From the NCBI GenBank assembly GCA_029855935.1, contig JAGSHN010000012.1, forward strand, positions 128,001 through 192,000: a stretch of DNA of 64,000 nucleotides, written 5' to 3'. Each line of letters opens with the position of its first letter. Within the stretch, counting starts at the first letter, position 1. The notes beneath the pieces are model-generated. The model searched no databases. It saw nothing but the letters and a program-made list of their open reading frames with translations, and had not been told where the DNA came from. The stretch is from Candidatus Thorarchaeota archaeon (GTDB lineage: Archaea; Asgardarchaeota; Thorarchaeia; Thorarchaeales; Thorarchaeaceae). This document shows, in pieces, positions 26,818-36,729 of this stretch. The position numbers were made by a program, and so were the translations under genes.

Positions 26818-29772
26818 GTGGCGGACAAGAGAGAGAAACAGGATAGAGGTCAGTCGAGTCTGGACGACTTCATGTCATCATCACCACCCATAGTGTCCTC
26901 CGTGCAGCCGGGAGGAGCACAGGACACCACATCAGACACGGAAGGTGACCAGATTTCTGAGGCAAGGTTCTCCGCGATTCCCCCTCCTATGTCTCCCTCT
27001 TCAGAGGACTCGGGGCGCACGAGATTGAAGGAGTCAGAGTCCCCTCCCCAACAGTCATCGTCTGAGCCGCCCTCGGAGGGCAAGTCGGGCCCCTCCTCGC
27101 CCACCGTCATAGTCTTTGCAGACAATGAGGAGGGCGAAGAGGAGGAGTCTGTGGAGGAGATTGAAGAGCATCTTGCAACATACTGGCTGGCACCCCGCCA
27201 GACGCCCCGCAACACACCCCCCTCCTTCCTGCTCTCTGTCGACTACTCCGGCCAGCATAATCGCGCAATTGTCAGGCTCTTCAACCCCGAGACACGAGAA
27301 ACCGTGTTCTGGCTTGACAACACTGGTCACCAGCCCTATTGTTACACCGACTACCCTCCTCAGGTCGCCGAGATGAAGGCCAAGGCGCATCCCGGGTTTG
27401 TACGCACCGAGACCGTTCGGCTTCATGACCTTCTCCGGGACCAAGAGGTCACGATGACGAAGGTGATTGGTGATAACCCTCTGGCCATAGGTGGCTCGCA
27501 TCGCGCCATTCGCGACCTGCTGACGGAGCTCGTGAGAACTGGAGACCCCGCCCATCCGACAACGGAGGTCAGTCACGCGTGGGAGGCCAACATCAGATAC
27601 AGAAACTGCTACACATACGACCGCAAGCTTGTTCCCGGGATGATGTACCGTGTGGAGAACGGTCAGCTCATCCCCTGTCCGCCAGAGCTTGACGAGGCGA
27701 CCCTGCACAAGTTCATCGAGGCCCTCGATGAGGAGGAGGGCCTCAAGGACATCGTGGAGACCTATGCACCGATGTTCTTCACTGAGGTTCCCGACATTCC
27801 GCGAATTGCCCTGGACATTGAGGTCTATTCTCCTCAGCTCAACCGGGTGCCCGACGCGGCAACGGCGCCTTTTCAGGTCACGGCGATCGGCCTCTCCGAC
27901 AGTGAGGGCTACAACGTGTGTCTCGTACTGAAACGTGAAGATATTCCTCTTGGCGAGCGAGGCGAGGACTATCCCAAGGATCTTGAGGTCGTATTCTATG
28001 ATGACGAGCGTCAGATGCTCCTCGACGCCTTCAGAAAGATTGACGAGTATCCCATAGTCGTGACCTTCGTTGGCGACGCCTTTGACCTGAACTATCTCTA
28101 TCATCGTGCGAAGAAGCTTGGCATCGACGTGAAGACACAGTGTCCCATCTATCTCGGACGTGACATCGCACTTCTACAGAGGGGAGTGCACGTGGACCTC
28201 TACAAGTTCCTGAAGAATCCGTCCGTCCGACTCTATGCTCTATCGGGGGCCTACGAGCAGAGCAATCTTGAGTCCATTGCTCAGGGCCTCCTCGGCTTCG
28301 GCAAGCTCCAACGCACAACGGACATCTCCCATCTGCCCCTGTACGAGCTGGCGCACTACTGCTGGCTCGATGCGAATATCACGCTGCAGATCACGACCTA
28401 CAAGAACAACCTCCTGCTCCGTCTCATCGTACTCTTGATGCGTATCTCGCGCCTCAGCATGGAGGATGTCACGCGTCAGGGCATCTCCTCGTGGATTCAG
28501 TCCCTGTTCCGGCAGGAGCATCGTTCCCGGCGAGCATTGATTCCAAGGCAGGTCGACATCGCGACCGTGAAGGGAGCCGAGGCACATACTGAGGCGATCA
28601 TAAAGGACAAGCGGTTCAAGGGTGCAATTGTCATCGATCCTGTCCCCGGCGTTCACTTCAATACATGCGTCCTCGACTTTGCGAGCCTGTATCCCACCAT
28701 AATGAAGCGCCACAACATAAGCTACGAGACTGTCGACTGTCCGCACGAGGAGTGCAGAAATGCCACGGACAATCGTGTCCCCGAAACAGACCACTGGATA
28801 TGCAAGAAACGTCGCGGGATGATCAGCCAGACGATTGGCTTCTTCAGGGACACTCGTGTCCGATGGTTCAAGCGTCTGAGCAAGGACAAGAGTCTCGACG
28901 AGCGTATTCGTGACTGGTACGGTGTTGTCGAGAAGGCTTTGAAAGTGTTCGTCAATGCGTCGTATGGTGTGACGGGTGCGCAGCACTTCGAGCTGTTCTG
29001 TATGCCTGCAGCCGAGAGCGTCACTGCCTACGGACGACACGCCATCGTGCGCACAAAGGAGAAGGCCGAGTCAATGGGCGTGAGAGTCCTCTACGGGGAC
29101 ACCGACTCGGTGTTCCTTGACAATCCCACGGAGGAGCAGCAGCGAGAGCTCATACGATGGTCGAGGGAGGAGCTGGGTATCGATCTCGAAGTCGAGAAGA
29201 CCTACAAGTACGTGGCCCTCTCCGGTCGGAAGAAGAACTACATTGGTGTCTACCCATCGGGCTACGTTGAGGTCAAGGGCCTCAGCGGCAAGAAGCGCAA
29301 CACCCCGGACTTCGTGCAGGAGGCCTTCCGAGAGATGCTCGGGGTGCTGAGCAAGGTGGACAGCCCTCAGGGGTTCGAGGCTGCGAAGGAGGAGATACGC
29401 GAGATTGTCAACTCCGTCCTTGACCGGCTTGAGGGGAAGGGTGAGCTCTACTCGCCCGAGGAGCTTGCGTTTCGAGTACAGATGACGAAGCCGATTGACA
29501 AGTACGGCTCGACAATGCCGCAGCATGTGCGCGCGGCAAAGATGCTGGTCGAGGCGGGATACGATGTTCAGCCCGGCACGGTGGTGGAGTATATCAAGAC
29601 GAAAGACGAGGCCGGGGTACTGCCCATACAGCTGGCGCGAGAGCGCGCGTATTGGATTGATGTGGACAAGTATGTCGACACTCTGAGGTCGGTATTTGGT
29701 CAGGTGCTGGACGCAGTGGGAATTGACTTTGAGGAGCTGTTGGGATTCACGACACTCGACCAGTTCTTCTGA
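26818..29772 (+). CDS. polB1: Family B DNA polymerase, PolB1 type, with low-complexity N-terminal extension
   Basis: DNTGHQPYC, WEANIRY, ExoI LDIEV, DFASLYP, KVFVNASYG, YGDTDS, KKNY, C-term TLDQFF. Confidence 0.95.
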   Translation: MADKREKQDRGQSSLDDFMSSSPPIVSSVQPGGAQDTTSDTEGDQISEARFSAIPPPMSPSSEDSGRTRLKESESPPQQSSSEPPSEGKSGPSSPTVIVFADNEEGEEEESVEEIEEHLATYWLAPRQTPRNTPPSFLLSVDYSGQHNRAIVRLFNPETRETVFWLDNTGHQPYCYTDYPPQVAEMKAKAHPGFVRTETVRLHDLLRDQEVTMTKVIGDNPLAIGGSHRAIRDLLTELVRTGDPAHPTTEVSHAWEANIRYRNCYTYDRKLVPGMMYRVENGQLIPCPPELDEATLHKFIEALDEEEGLKDIVETYAPMFFTEVPDIPRIALDIEVYSPQLNRVPDAATAPFQVTAIGLSDSEGYNVCLVLKREDIPLGERGEDYPKDLEVVFYDDERQMLLDAFRKIDEYPIVVTFVGDAFDLNYLYHRAKKLGIDVKTQCPIYLGRDIALLQRGVHVDLYKFLKNPSVRLYALSGAYEQSNLESIAQGLLGFGKLQRTTDISHLPLYELAHYCWLDANITLQITTYKNNLLLRLIVLLMRISRLSMEDVTRQGISSWIQSLFRQEHRSRRALIPRQVDIATVKGAEAHTEAIIKDKRFKGAIVIDPVPGVHFNTCVLDFASLYPTIMKRHNISYETVDCPHEECRNATDNRVPETDHWICKKRRGMISQTIGFFRDTRVRWFKRLSKDKSLDERIRDWYGVVEKALKVFVNASYGVTGAQHFELFCMPAAESVTAYGRHAIVRTKEKAESMGVRVLYGDTDSVFLDNPTEEQQRELIRWSREELGIDLEVEKTYKYVALSGRKKNYIGVYPSGYVEVKGLSGKKRNTPDFVQEAFREMLGVLSKVDSPQGFEAAKEEIREIVNSVLDRLEGKGELYSPEELAFRVQMTKPIDKYGSTMPQHVRAAKMLVEAGYDVQPGTVVEYIKTKDEAGVLPIQLARERAYWIDVDKYVDTLRSVFGQVLDAVGIDFEELLGFTTLDQFF

Positions 29773-29907
29773 GTTTCAGTTGGTCTGTTCCAACCTTCTC
29801 ATCGTAGAGAGGTTGTCCACCGAGTCTGGGCAAGAAAGTCTTATAGCATAGGTACGGCCTAACTTGGCCCTAGACGGCATCCTCTGCTTGTCCAACTCTA
29901 TGGGGTA

Positions 29908-30948
29908 GTGAAGATGAAGATAGATCTCCGGGAGCTGTTCGCCAAGAATGCACTTCTCATTCTGACTCCTGAGGACATTGGGCCATCCGCACGGGAGTTC
30001 ATCTCCAAGTACGGCTCATACATGCGCCTCGCAGGAATTGAGGCCAAACGAGAGAGCGGCTATGCCATCTTTCCTAGCAAGACCGCCCCTGTAGAACAAG
30101 AGCACACAGCCATGTTCGAGGAGTGGGTCGCAATCACTGACAAGCTCCGCGTGGAGACATCCGTCGTGATGAACTTCTACACGGACAGGTGGTTTGCCCG
30201 TGACCCGAAGTATCAGTCTGTGAGCGCCAGGGGCAATGCCGTGACACATCAGGTATGTCCGAATCGTGAAGAGTTCTGGGAATATGGTGCTGAGATAGTC
30301 AAGGAACTCGGATCCTATCCAATCCGCGAGATAATGGTCTTCGGGACGGGATTCATTCGCGACAGCTTCTGTTTCTGCGAGCGATGCCGTGAGGCCTTTG
30401 CGCCACGCGTGGGTCAAGAGCCAGCCCGCCTGAACTACGGCTATATCACGGAGAATCCAGACTATCATCGCGCCTGGCACGAGTGGAGAACCGAGATAGT
30501 GATGAGCGGACTTGCTCAGCTGGCGGCCGCAGCTCGTGAGGCTGATGAGCTCACCGAGCGTGCAGAGCCGCTGCAGCTCACGGTGGAGATTCCCATTGAT
30601 CCACAGACTGGTCTCCTTGAGGGCGCCAAGACAGAGAATGGCCTTGATCCCGCCAGAATCTTCGATGTCACAAAGAGTGTCGTTCTCAATCTATATCCGT
30701 GGACGCCAGTCCTCCCACGCAAGGGGACCCCGGAGCATGACAGACTGCTAGAGGCCCTGTACTTTGCGAAGGACTACAAGAGGCGTGGCGGGTCGGTCGT
30801 TCTGTACAGATGGGGCGTCTCCTCTGGGGAGAAGGTGGATGAGGTGATGGCCATCGCCCGCGATGCTGAGATTGATCGGGTGGCTGTCAGCTTCAGATTC
30901 CCCGAGAGCTATGCTGAGCGTCGCGAGAGTGCAATTGGCGGCGTGTGA
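29908..30948 (+). CDS. Glycoside-hydrolase-like TIM-barrel protein with CFCxxC motif
   Basis: GYAIFPSK, VCPNREEF, FCFCERCREAF, WHEWR pattern typical of GH-like barrels. Confidence 0.6.
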   Translation: MKMKIDLRELFAKNALLILTPEDIGPSAREFISKYGSYMRLAGIEAKRESGYAIFPSKTAPVEQEHTAMFEEWVAITDKLRVETSVVMNFYTDRWFARDPKYQSVSARGNAVTHQVCPNREEFWEYGAEIVKELGSYPIREIMVFGTGFIRDSFCFCERCREAFAPRVGQEPARLNYGYITENPDYHRAWHEWRTEIVMSGLAQLAAAAREADELTERAEPLQLTVEIPIDPQTGLLEGAKTENGLDPARIFDVTKSVVLNLYPWTPVLPRKGTPEHDRLLEALYFAKDYKRRGGSVVLYRWGVSSGEKVDEVMAIARDAEIDRVAVSFRFPESYAERRESAIGGV

Positions 30949-30957
30949 GCAGGCTGC

Positions 30958-31932
30958 CTACTGTATAGCCCCGCAGTAGGGACATCGGACCGTTCCCCTT
31001 CCTATTGTCTTTCCGCAGGAGAAACAGAACGATCTACTGTGCGACTCGTCCCCACGAGTCCGTTCGTCGGCAAAGGGGCTAATCTCTCCTTGACGAAACA
31101 GGGCACCAAGACCGCCAACTATCTCCTCGCTGCCAAGACTGCAAGCTGCTGCAGACGGCGCGGCGACAGGTGTCTGTGATGTGAGCGCACCCGTTCCTGT
31201 TCTACTGTCGGTGGCAGGACTGCTGGCGGTGCGCCCGAATGGCGATCGTTGTCTGCCTGAGGACGACGTACTCACTGGCGCACGTGTGCCACGGACATCC
31301 GGACCAGGGGATGACGCCTGTTCTGAAGCGATTCCCGAGCCACTGTGTGTCTGCACTCCCCATCCAACAGTTGACGCCCGATCCGTCCCCCTCCTCAGAT
31401 CTCTCTCCCGCATAGCTCTCTCAAGAGCGTCAAAGTCCCTCCTGTAGTCATCGCCTCCAAAGCCCGCATCGATTGCGGGGCGGTTCGCCGCACGAGGTGA
31501 CGCGGAGTGACCATACTCATCAGCATACCGTGTCAGCGGATCGTGGCTGCCAGCTGCATCAAGGAACTGATGGTGCTCCTCCATCTTGAGCCTCTCGTAG
31601 TCCTCTGGGGTGAGACCCAGGACCTCCAGTGCCCGGTCACGCTCGGGGCATCTCTTTGAGAGCGGACAGCAGTACGCTAGGCTTCCGTGACACAGCGATG
31701 CAAGGGCGCGCTCCTGCCGTGACTTGAAGATTGGGGCAATCTTCCTATGACCTAGAACCAGGGCGTTGCCGACTGTACGAATCTGTGCATAGCCGCTCTG
31801 TGCAAGAGCCTCTATGACCTCTCTCGCTGGATATGGTCTTCCCTCGATTATCACGACCCCCTCAGTGCGGTCCAGTCTTACCGGGCGCTCGTCCTCTCTG
31901 GAATCGTAGGAAGGGTATCTCGTTCCAAACAC
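30958..31932 (-). CDS. Cys-rich protein: methanogenesis-marker-9-like module + S/T/P-rich linker + C-terminal Zn ribbon
   Basis: LCHGSLAYCCPLSKRCPERDRALEVLGLTPEDYERLK; FCFSCG...RCPYCG. Confidence 0.7.
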   Translation of the reverse strand: MFGTRYPSYDSREDERPVRLDRTEGVVIIEGRPYPAREVIEALAQSGYAQIRTVGNALVLGHRKIAPIFKSRQERALASLCHGSLAYCCPLSKRCPERDRALEVLGLTPEDYERLKMEEHHQFLDAAGSHDPLTRYADEYGHSASPRAANRPAIDAGFGGDDYRRDFDALERAMRERDLRRGTDRASTVGWGVQTHSGSGIASEQASSPGPDVRGTRAPVSTSSSGRQRSPFGRTASSPATDSRTGTGALTSQTPVAAPSAAACSLGSEEIVGGLGALFRQGEISPFADERTRGDESHSRSFCFSCGKTIGRGTVRCPYCGAIQ

Positions 31933-32178
31933 CTCTTATGGCCGCTCTCAGGCTGGTCTACCCGGCTCGGAAATAGAATATCGTGTATTACGAAGGTATA
32001 GCGGCCTCTCTCGTGCCTGCGCGGCGTGTACACTACGGTGCCCTCTCGGCCGCTTTGATGATGAGTGTCGAGGCCGTTGTGCGTTCCCCCCGAGTCACCA
32101 CACTCTGGCCGTATAGCCTTTAAGGACGATTCGACTAACGACAGAACTACCGAATTGAGTCAGAGGATGTTGTCAACA

Positions 32179-32553
32179 ATGGGATGCAAGGCTGAAGGTG
32201 CTGCACAGGGCCTTACGCTCCTTGGTGCAGCAGTACTGTTTGTCTTTGGGCTCTTTAGCTTGGTGATACCTGGAGCACAGGTGGCAGCGTTCAGCGGCGA
32301 CGTGAATGCGGTCATCGACCTTGTTCTGGGAATCACACTGATACTGATGGCCATACTGGGCCTCGACGCATGCGGGTTCGTGAGTTGGAAGATCACCCGA
32401 AGCGGTCTTCTGCTGGCCATCTTTGGTTTTGTGTCCATAATCATAGTGGCACGAGGCCTCAATTTCAATCTTCTTAGTTGGCTGATGAACGCCGGAATGC
32501 TGGCAGGTCTAATGTTCATCATTGCAGGCATACTCATTCTGACGAAGAGCTGA
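32179..32553 (+). CDS. Small 4-TM glycine-rich membrane protein
   Basis: Four hydrophobic segments; start moved from 32065; similar to 34173-34508. Confidence 0.7.
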   Translation: MGCKAEGAAQGLTLLGAAVLFVFGLFSLVIPGAQVAAFSGDVNAVIDLVLGITLILMAILGLDACGFVSWKITRSGLLLAIFGFVSIIIVARGLNFNLLSWLMNAGMLAGLMFIIAGILILTKS

Positions 32554-32557
32554 GAAC

Positions 32558-32574
32558 GGCCCCTCATAGGGGCC
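32558..32574 (+). terminator. Hairpin after the membrane protein gene
   Basis: GGCCCCT-CAT-AGGGGCC. Confidence 0.4.
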
Positions 32575-32734
32575 ATCCCCCTGCTAGTTTCGTTTCGATA
32601 GGCCGCGCCAGAGCACGCTTCTGCTATGTACGGCCAGCGCGGTCACTCCTCTCCAGTACCGAGTTGGCCGACATCGGAAACTAGATTAGCCACATATCTC
32701 GCGCAGTCGCTCGACCCGGACCAACGGAGGTACT

Positions 32735-34093
32735 GTGGTAATGGACAGCAGGCATTTTGAGATATTTAAGGAACTGGGCTTTGACGATATCACTCCAGAG
32801 ACGATGACAAACGAGTACTGGGCGAAGCGCGGCGCGAGGGCACTGGCGCTGACCACTCAGACCCGGGATGTCTATGGCTGCCTTGACCATACGCGCGGTG
32901 AGGGCATAACTCTCTACGACGTTGAGGGAACAGAGTATCTTGATATGACTGGCGGCGTTGCAGTCCGCGCGTTCGGGATTCGATATCGCCCGCTGGCCGA
33001 CTTTGAGTCACGAATCAGCGATGTGATTCACGAGTTCCCAGGCATGGACTTCGACGCCATTCCTCAGACCTTGCTTGCGGAGAAGCTTGCATCGATCACC
33101 CCCGGAGACCATCAGAAGCAGGTTGTATTCACGACCTCCGGTGGTCGTGCGGTCGAGGGGTGTATGAAATCGGCGATGGATCTGAGCGGTCGGCATAGGT
33201 TCGTCGCCTTTCGTCCCGCCTTCCACGGTCGCACAGGTTACGCGCTGGCTCTGACAGCCTCCAACTCCAAGCACAAGACAGGATTCCCCCAAGGTGTGGA
33301 TGTTGTCCGCGTGTTCTATCCGTACTGCTACCGCTGCCCCTATGGACAGACCGAGGAGGACTGCAATCTCGAATGTGTGGAGGCGCTGCGCTATGCCCTT
33401 GAGGTCGAGGGGAACGACATCGCTGCCACCGTGATGGAGCCAATCTGCGGTGAGGGCGGAATCATTGTACCGCCATCCAAGGCGGTCAAGGGAATGTACG
33501 AGGTGACAAAGGAGTTTGGCGGCTACTTTGTGTCTGATGAGGTCCAGGCTGGGATGGGCCGCACCGGGAAGTGGTGCGCGATAGAGAATCACAGTGTCGT
33601 GCCTGACTACGTGTCGATGGCCAAGGCCCTCGGCGGAGGTTATCCTCTTGGTGCGTCAATCGGGCCAGCACCTATGTATACAGGTCCGTCACGTCACTCG
33701 GAGACCTTCTCTGCTGAGCCAAGAATGGCGTTGATTGCCCTCTGGGTCCTGCGCCACATCGAGGAGGGCGACTTCCTCAGGAAGAACCGCGAGAACGGTG
33801 AGTATCTACTCCGGCGCCTTGAGGAGCTCGTGGAGAAGCATGAGGTCGTTGGCGATGCCCGCGGAATCGGTCTGATGGCTGGCATCGAGATTGTCAAGAG
33901 CAAGAGGGGGAAGGAGAAGGCCCCCAAGCTCCGGGACCGGATAATAAAGCATCTTGTGTCTAAGGAGCACCTCTGGGTGCTTGGAGCGGGGCAGAATGTA
34001 ATCCGCTTCACGCCGAGCTATGTCATCACGCCGGAGGAGATTGACGACGCGGTAGATCGTCTTGACCGGGCCATAGGTGCAGTGACAGAATAG
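32735..34093 (+). CDS. Class III PLP aminotransferase (GABA/ornithine-type)
   Basis: YLDMTGG, AFHGRT, EPICGEGG, SDEVQAGMGRTG, MAKALGGG, RGIGLMAG. Confidence 0.93.
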   Translation: MVMDSRHFEIFKELGFDDITPETMTNEYWAKRGARALALTTQTRDVYGCLDHTRGEGITLYDVEGTEYLDMTGGVAVRAFGIRYRPLADFESRISDVIHEFPGMDFDAIPQTLLAEKLASITPGDHQKQVVFTTSGGRAVEGCMKSAMDLSGRHRFVAFRPAFHGRTGYALALTASNSKHKTGFPQGVDVVRVFYPYCYRCPYGQTEEDCNLECVEALRYALEVEGNDIAATVMEPICGEGGIIVPPSKAVKGMYEVTKEFGGYFVSDEVQAGMGRTGKWCAIENHSVVPDYVSMAKALGGGYPLGASIGPAPMYTGPSRHSETFSAEPRMALIALWVLRHIEEGDFLRKNRENGEYLLRRLEELVEKHEVVGDARGIGLMAGIEIVKSKRGKEKAPKLRDRIIKHLVSKEHLWVLGAGQNVIRFTPSYVITPEEIDDAVDRLDRAIGAVTE

Positions 34094-34110
34094 GAATAAA
34101 GAGTGGGGAC

Positions 34111-34150
34111 GAGACGTGTTCCTGGCACGTATGCCGCTGGGACACGTCTC
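34111..34150. terminator. Long hairpin between convergent genes
   Basis: GAGACGTGTTCC...GGGACACGTCTC 12-bp stem with inner TGGCA/TGCCG stem. Confidence 0.55.
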
Positions 34151-34172
34151 TCTGAACGTCCTCTGTACTCGA

Positions 34173-34508
34173 CTATAGCAGTAGTATGATTCCGCCGATG
34201 AGGACGAGAAGTCCTCCAAGGCCCGCACCGATGACCATCAACACGATACCGAGGATGATCATCACGACTCCGTTGTTCTCCAGCTTCAGTGCTGGAATAT
34301 CAACTACTCCACTCGTGGCAAGTACAATCAGTGCGACAACTATCTGTACAATACCAACGACGATACCGCCCAGTGGACCGATGACGTTGAACCAACTGAG
34401 GTAGCCAGATACCCAGTTGATAGCGGTCAGTATTCCTGTCAGAAGTGCTATTATGCCACCGATGACAATCAGAAGGTCAGCTGCCTTCTTGTTGGAAGCT
34501 TTCGACAT
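34173..34508 (-). CDS. Small 4-TM glycine-rich membrane protein
   Basis: IGGIIALLTGIL...GLGGLLVLIGGIILLL; GGAGAG upstream. Confidence 0.78.
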   Translation of the reverse strand: MSKASNKKAADLLIVIGGIIALLTGILTAINWVSGYLSWFNVIGPLGGIVVGIVQIVVALIVLATSGVVDIPALKLENNGVVMIILGIVLMVIGAGLGGLLVLIGGIILLL

Positions 34509-34857
34509 ATGTCTTCCACTCTCCTCTAAAGAGAATTTGCGAAAATTAGCACGCCGCCTTTGTTATATCTCTTGCTGTAAGAGGGGGCCTTCTTCTGAAG
34601 TTCTCTGAAGATGAAACAGAGGGTGAGTGGAGCGGTGTCGGGGCGGAGATGTCAGTACCACATCCCCCATGACCAGTTCTTGTTGTCAATCTCTCATGCG
34701 CCTACTGTAGTAGGTCCATTGACTGTGTCCCTGACCGAACTTGCCCGCTTGTTCGTTTGCCTGACGCTAATCCTTATAGGGTTCTATGTTGCTCCTCTGT
34801 CAGAACACAAAAGGAGGTAAGAAGCGCGATGGCAATAACCGAATGGGGGAATCACGT

Positions 34858-35087
34858 TTGTCCGAAGATCCTTCCTAGCGCTGCCTCCCTCCGCGAAGTT
34901 CGTCTACGTTCTTCTTAAGGCGCGACAGCGCATGTCGCGTCAGGAGCTGATTGATGAGTCGTTCCTGCCTCCCCGGACTGTCAATTATGGCCTCAGTAGG
35001 CTCAAGGAGCTGGGTCTGGTGAGAGAGGAGTCTCACGCGGAGGACTTGCGGAAGGTCGTCTACGAGCTGACGGAGGCTCCCTTCTAG
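34858..35087 (+). pseudogene. MarR-like archaeal wHTH regulator with apparent 1-nt frameshift near 34870 (absent from ORF track)
   Basis: 34872-35087 reads FLALPPSAKFVYVLLKARQRMSRQELIDESFLPPRTVNYGLSRLKELGLVREESHAEDLRKVVYEL...; upstream TTG/ATG starts are in other frames. Confidence 0.7.
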
Positions 35088-35279
35088 CGACGCCGAGATA
35101 GATGTGTGGATGCCGGGCCCAGCTGTGTCCGGTGTCCTCTCCCTCATCCCCGACGGACAGTCAGAAAGGTCTCGATAGTTGATGTGTGAAGAGCGTGATG
35201 GTCTCGGAGTGCATCCAAAAGCCTCATAATGGGTGGGTCGTGGGCTGTCACATCATCGACTTGAGACGAGGCTGTATCG

Positions 35280-36638
35280 ATGGACTTCTACCAAGCGGCA
35301 GGCGTTGAGCCCATTGGCAATCTCCGAAGGACGCATTTGTCAAGCCAGATAACGAACGACTTGGTTGGCCAGACCGTAGTCCTGATGGGCTGGGTTCACA
35401 TCCTACGCGACAAGGGCCGGATCAAGTTTCTCATCCTGAGAGATGAGGGAGGCACGGTCCAGATCACAATTCCGAAGAAGAAGGTGTCTGAGGAGGTCTT
35501 TGATATCTCCGGCCGACTCAAGCCAGAGGCCGTTGTGGCAGTTGAGGGTGAGGTGGTAGAGGCCCCACAGTCAAAGACGGGTGTGGAGGTCATCCCGCAT
35601 TCCATTCACATCCTCAACACTTCTGAGCCTCTGCCCATTGACGTCGTGGAGGGAAAGGTGTCCATAGAGCTTGACACTCGTCTCAATTATCGTATCTTGG
35701 ACCTTCGCAAGCCGACGGTCAATGCAATCTTTCGCATCCAACACTCTCTTGTCCGCTTCTCACGGGAGTTCCTTGAGAGCAACGGCTTTGTCGAGATACA
35801 CACTCCCAAGATTGTGGCTGAGGCGACAGAGGGAGGGGCTAACCTGTTCGAGATACAGTACTTCGAGCGAAAGGCGTTCCTCGCGCAGAGTCCCCAGTTC
35901 TACAAGCAGCTGATGCTGCTGGCTGGCTTTGGCCGCGTCTTTGAGATAGCCCCCGTGTTCCGCGCGGAGAAACATAATACTCGTCGTCACATCAACGAGT
36001 ACACGTCCTTCGATTTCGAGATGGCATGGATTGGAGGTGTGGAGGATGTCATGCAGATGGAGGAGCAGATGCTGAGCTACGCCTTTGCCAAGACCTTGGA
36101 GGCATCAGAGCGGGAGCTCAAACTACTGGGTGTCGATCTCAAGGTTCCGAAGACACCCTTCCCTCGAATCAAGTATGCTGAGGTCATAGACCTGCTCAAC
36201 TCCGAGGGCAAGGAGATCTCCATTCACGACGACCTCGACCCGGAGAGCGAGAGGATGTTGGGAGAGATATTCCCTGAGAAGTTCGGCACCGACTTGGTGT
36301 TCATCACACACTATCCTCTGGAGCTCCGACCAGCGTACACGATGCCGAGCCTGACGGACGAGGGGATGACAGAGAGCTTCGACCTGACCTACAAGGGAAT
36401 GGAGATCACCACCGGCGGGCAGAGAATACATCTCTACGACCTGCTCGTGGAGCGTTTCAAGGCAAAGGGCTTCAACCCCGACCACTTCCGCTTCTACCTC
36501 GACCCGTTCAGGTATGGTGCGCCACCACACGGGGGTCTTGGTCTCGGTGTGGAACGCCTGACGATGCAGCTGCTTGGTCTGGAGAACATCCGTGAGGCCG
36601 CGCTGCTGCCTCGTGACCGCGACCGACTCACCCCATAA
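35280..36638 (+). CDS. aspS: Aspartyl-tRNA synthetase, archaeal type
   Basis: [50 protein letters not shown]. Confidence 0.96.
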   Translation: MDFYQAAGVEPIGNLRRTHLSSQITNDLVGQTVVLMGWVHILRDKGRIKFLILRDEGGTVQITIPKKKVSEEVFDISGRLKPEAVVAVEGEVVEAPQSKTGVEVIPHSIHILNTSEPLPIDVVEGKVSIELDTRLNYRILDLRKPTVNAIFRIQHSLVRFSREFLESNGFVEIHTPKIVAEATEGGANLFEIQYFERKAFLAQSPQFYKQLMLLAGFGRVFEIAPVFRAEKHNTRRHINEYTSFDFEMAWIGGVEDVMQMEEQMLSYAFAKTLEASERELKLLGVDLKVPKTPFPRIKYAEVIDLLNSEGKEISIHDDLDPESERMLGEIFPEKFGTDLVFITHYPLELRPAYTMPSLTDEGMTESFDLTYKGMEITTGGQRIHLYDLLVERFKAKGFNPDHFRFYLDPFRYGAPPHGGLGLGVERLTMQLLGLENIREAALLPRDRDRLTP

Positions 36639-36729
36639 CCAGGGGCAACGTAATACTACGCCTTAAAGGAGCCGCTACGTAGTCGGTGACTGGTCAGCAG
36701 GTGTTGGCAGTAGCGTAGAGGTTTTGAAC

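Noticed and set aside
27055-28104. 349-aa antisense ORF inside polB1, and many similar 60-270 aa shadow ORFs (e.g. 28240-29040, 42926-43744, 12396-13010, 62649-63299)
   Set aside because: They overlap well-supported genes, lack motifs, and are expected from codon bias in GC-rich DNA.
34611-34820. 69-aa ORF
   Set aside because: No recognisable features; it lies in a divergent promoter region.
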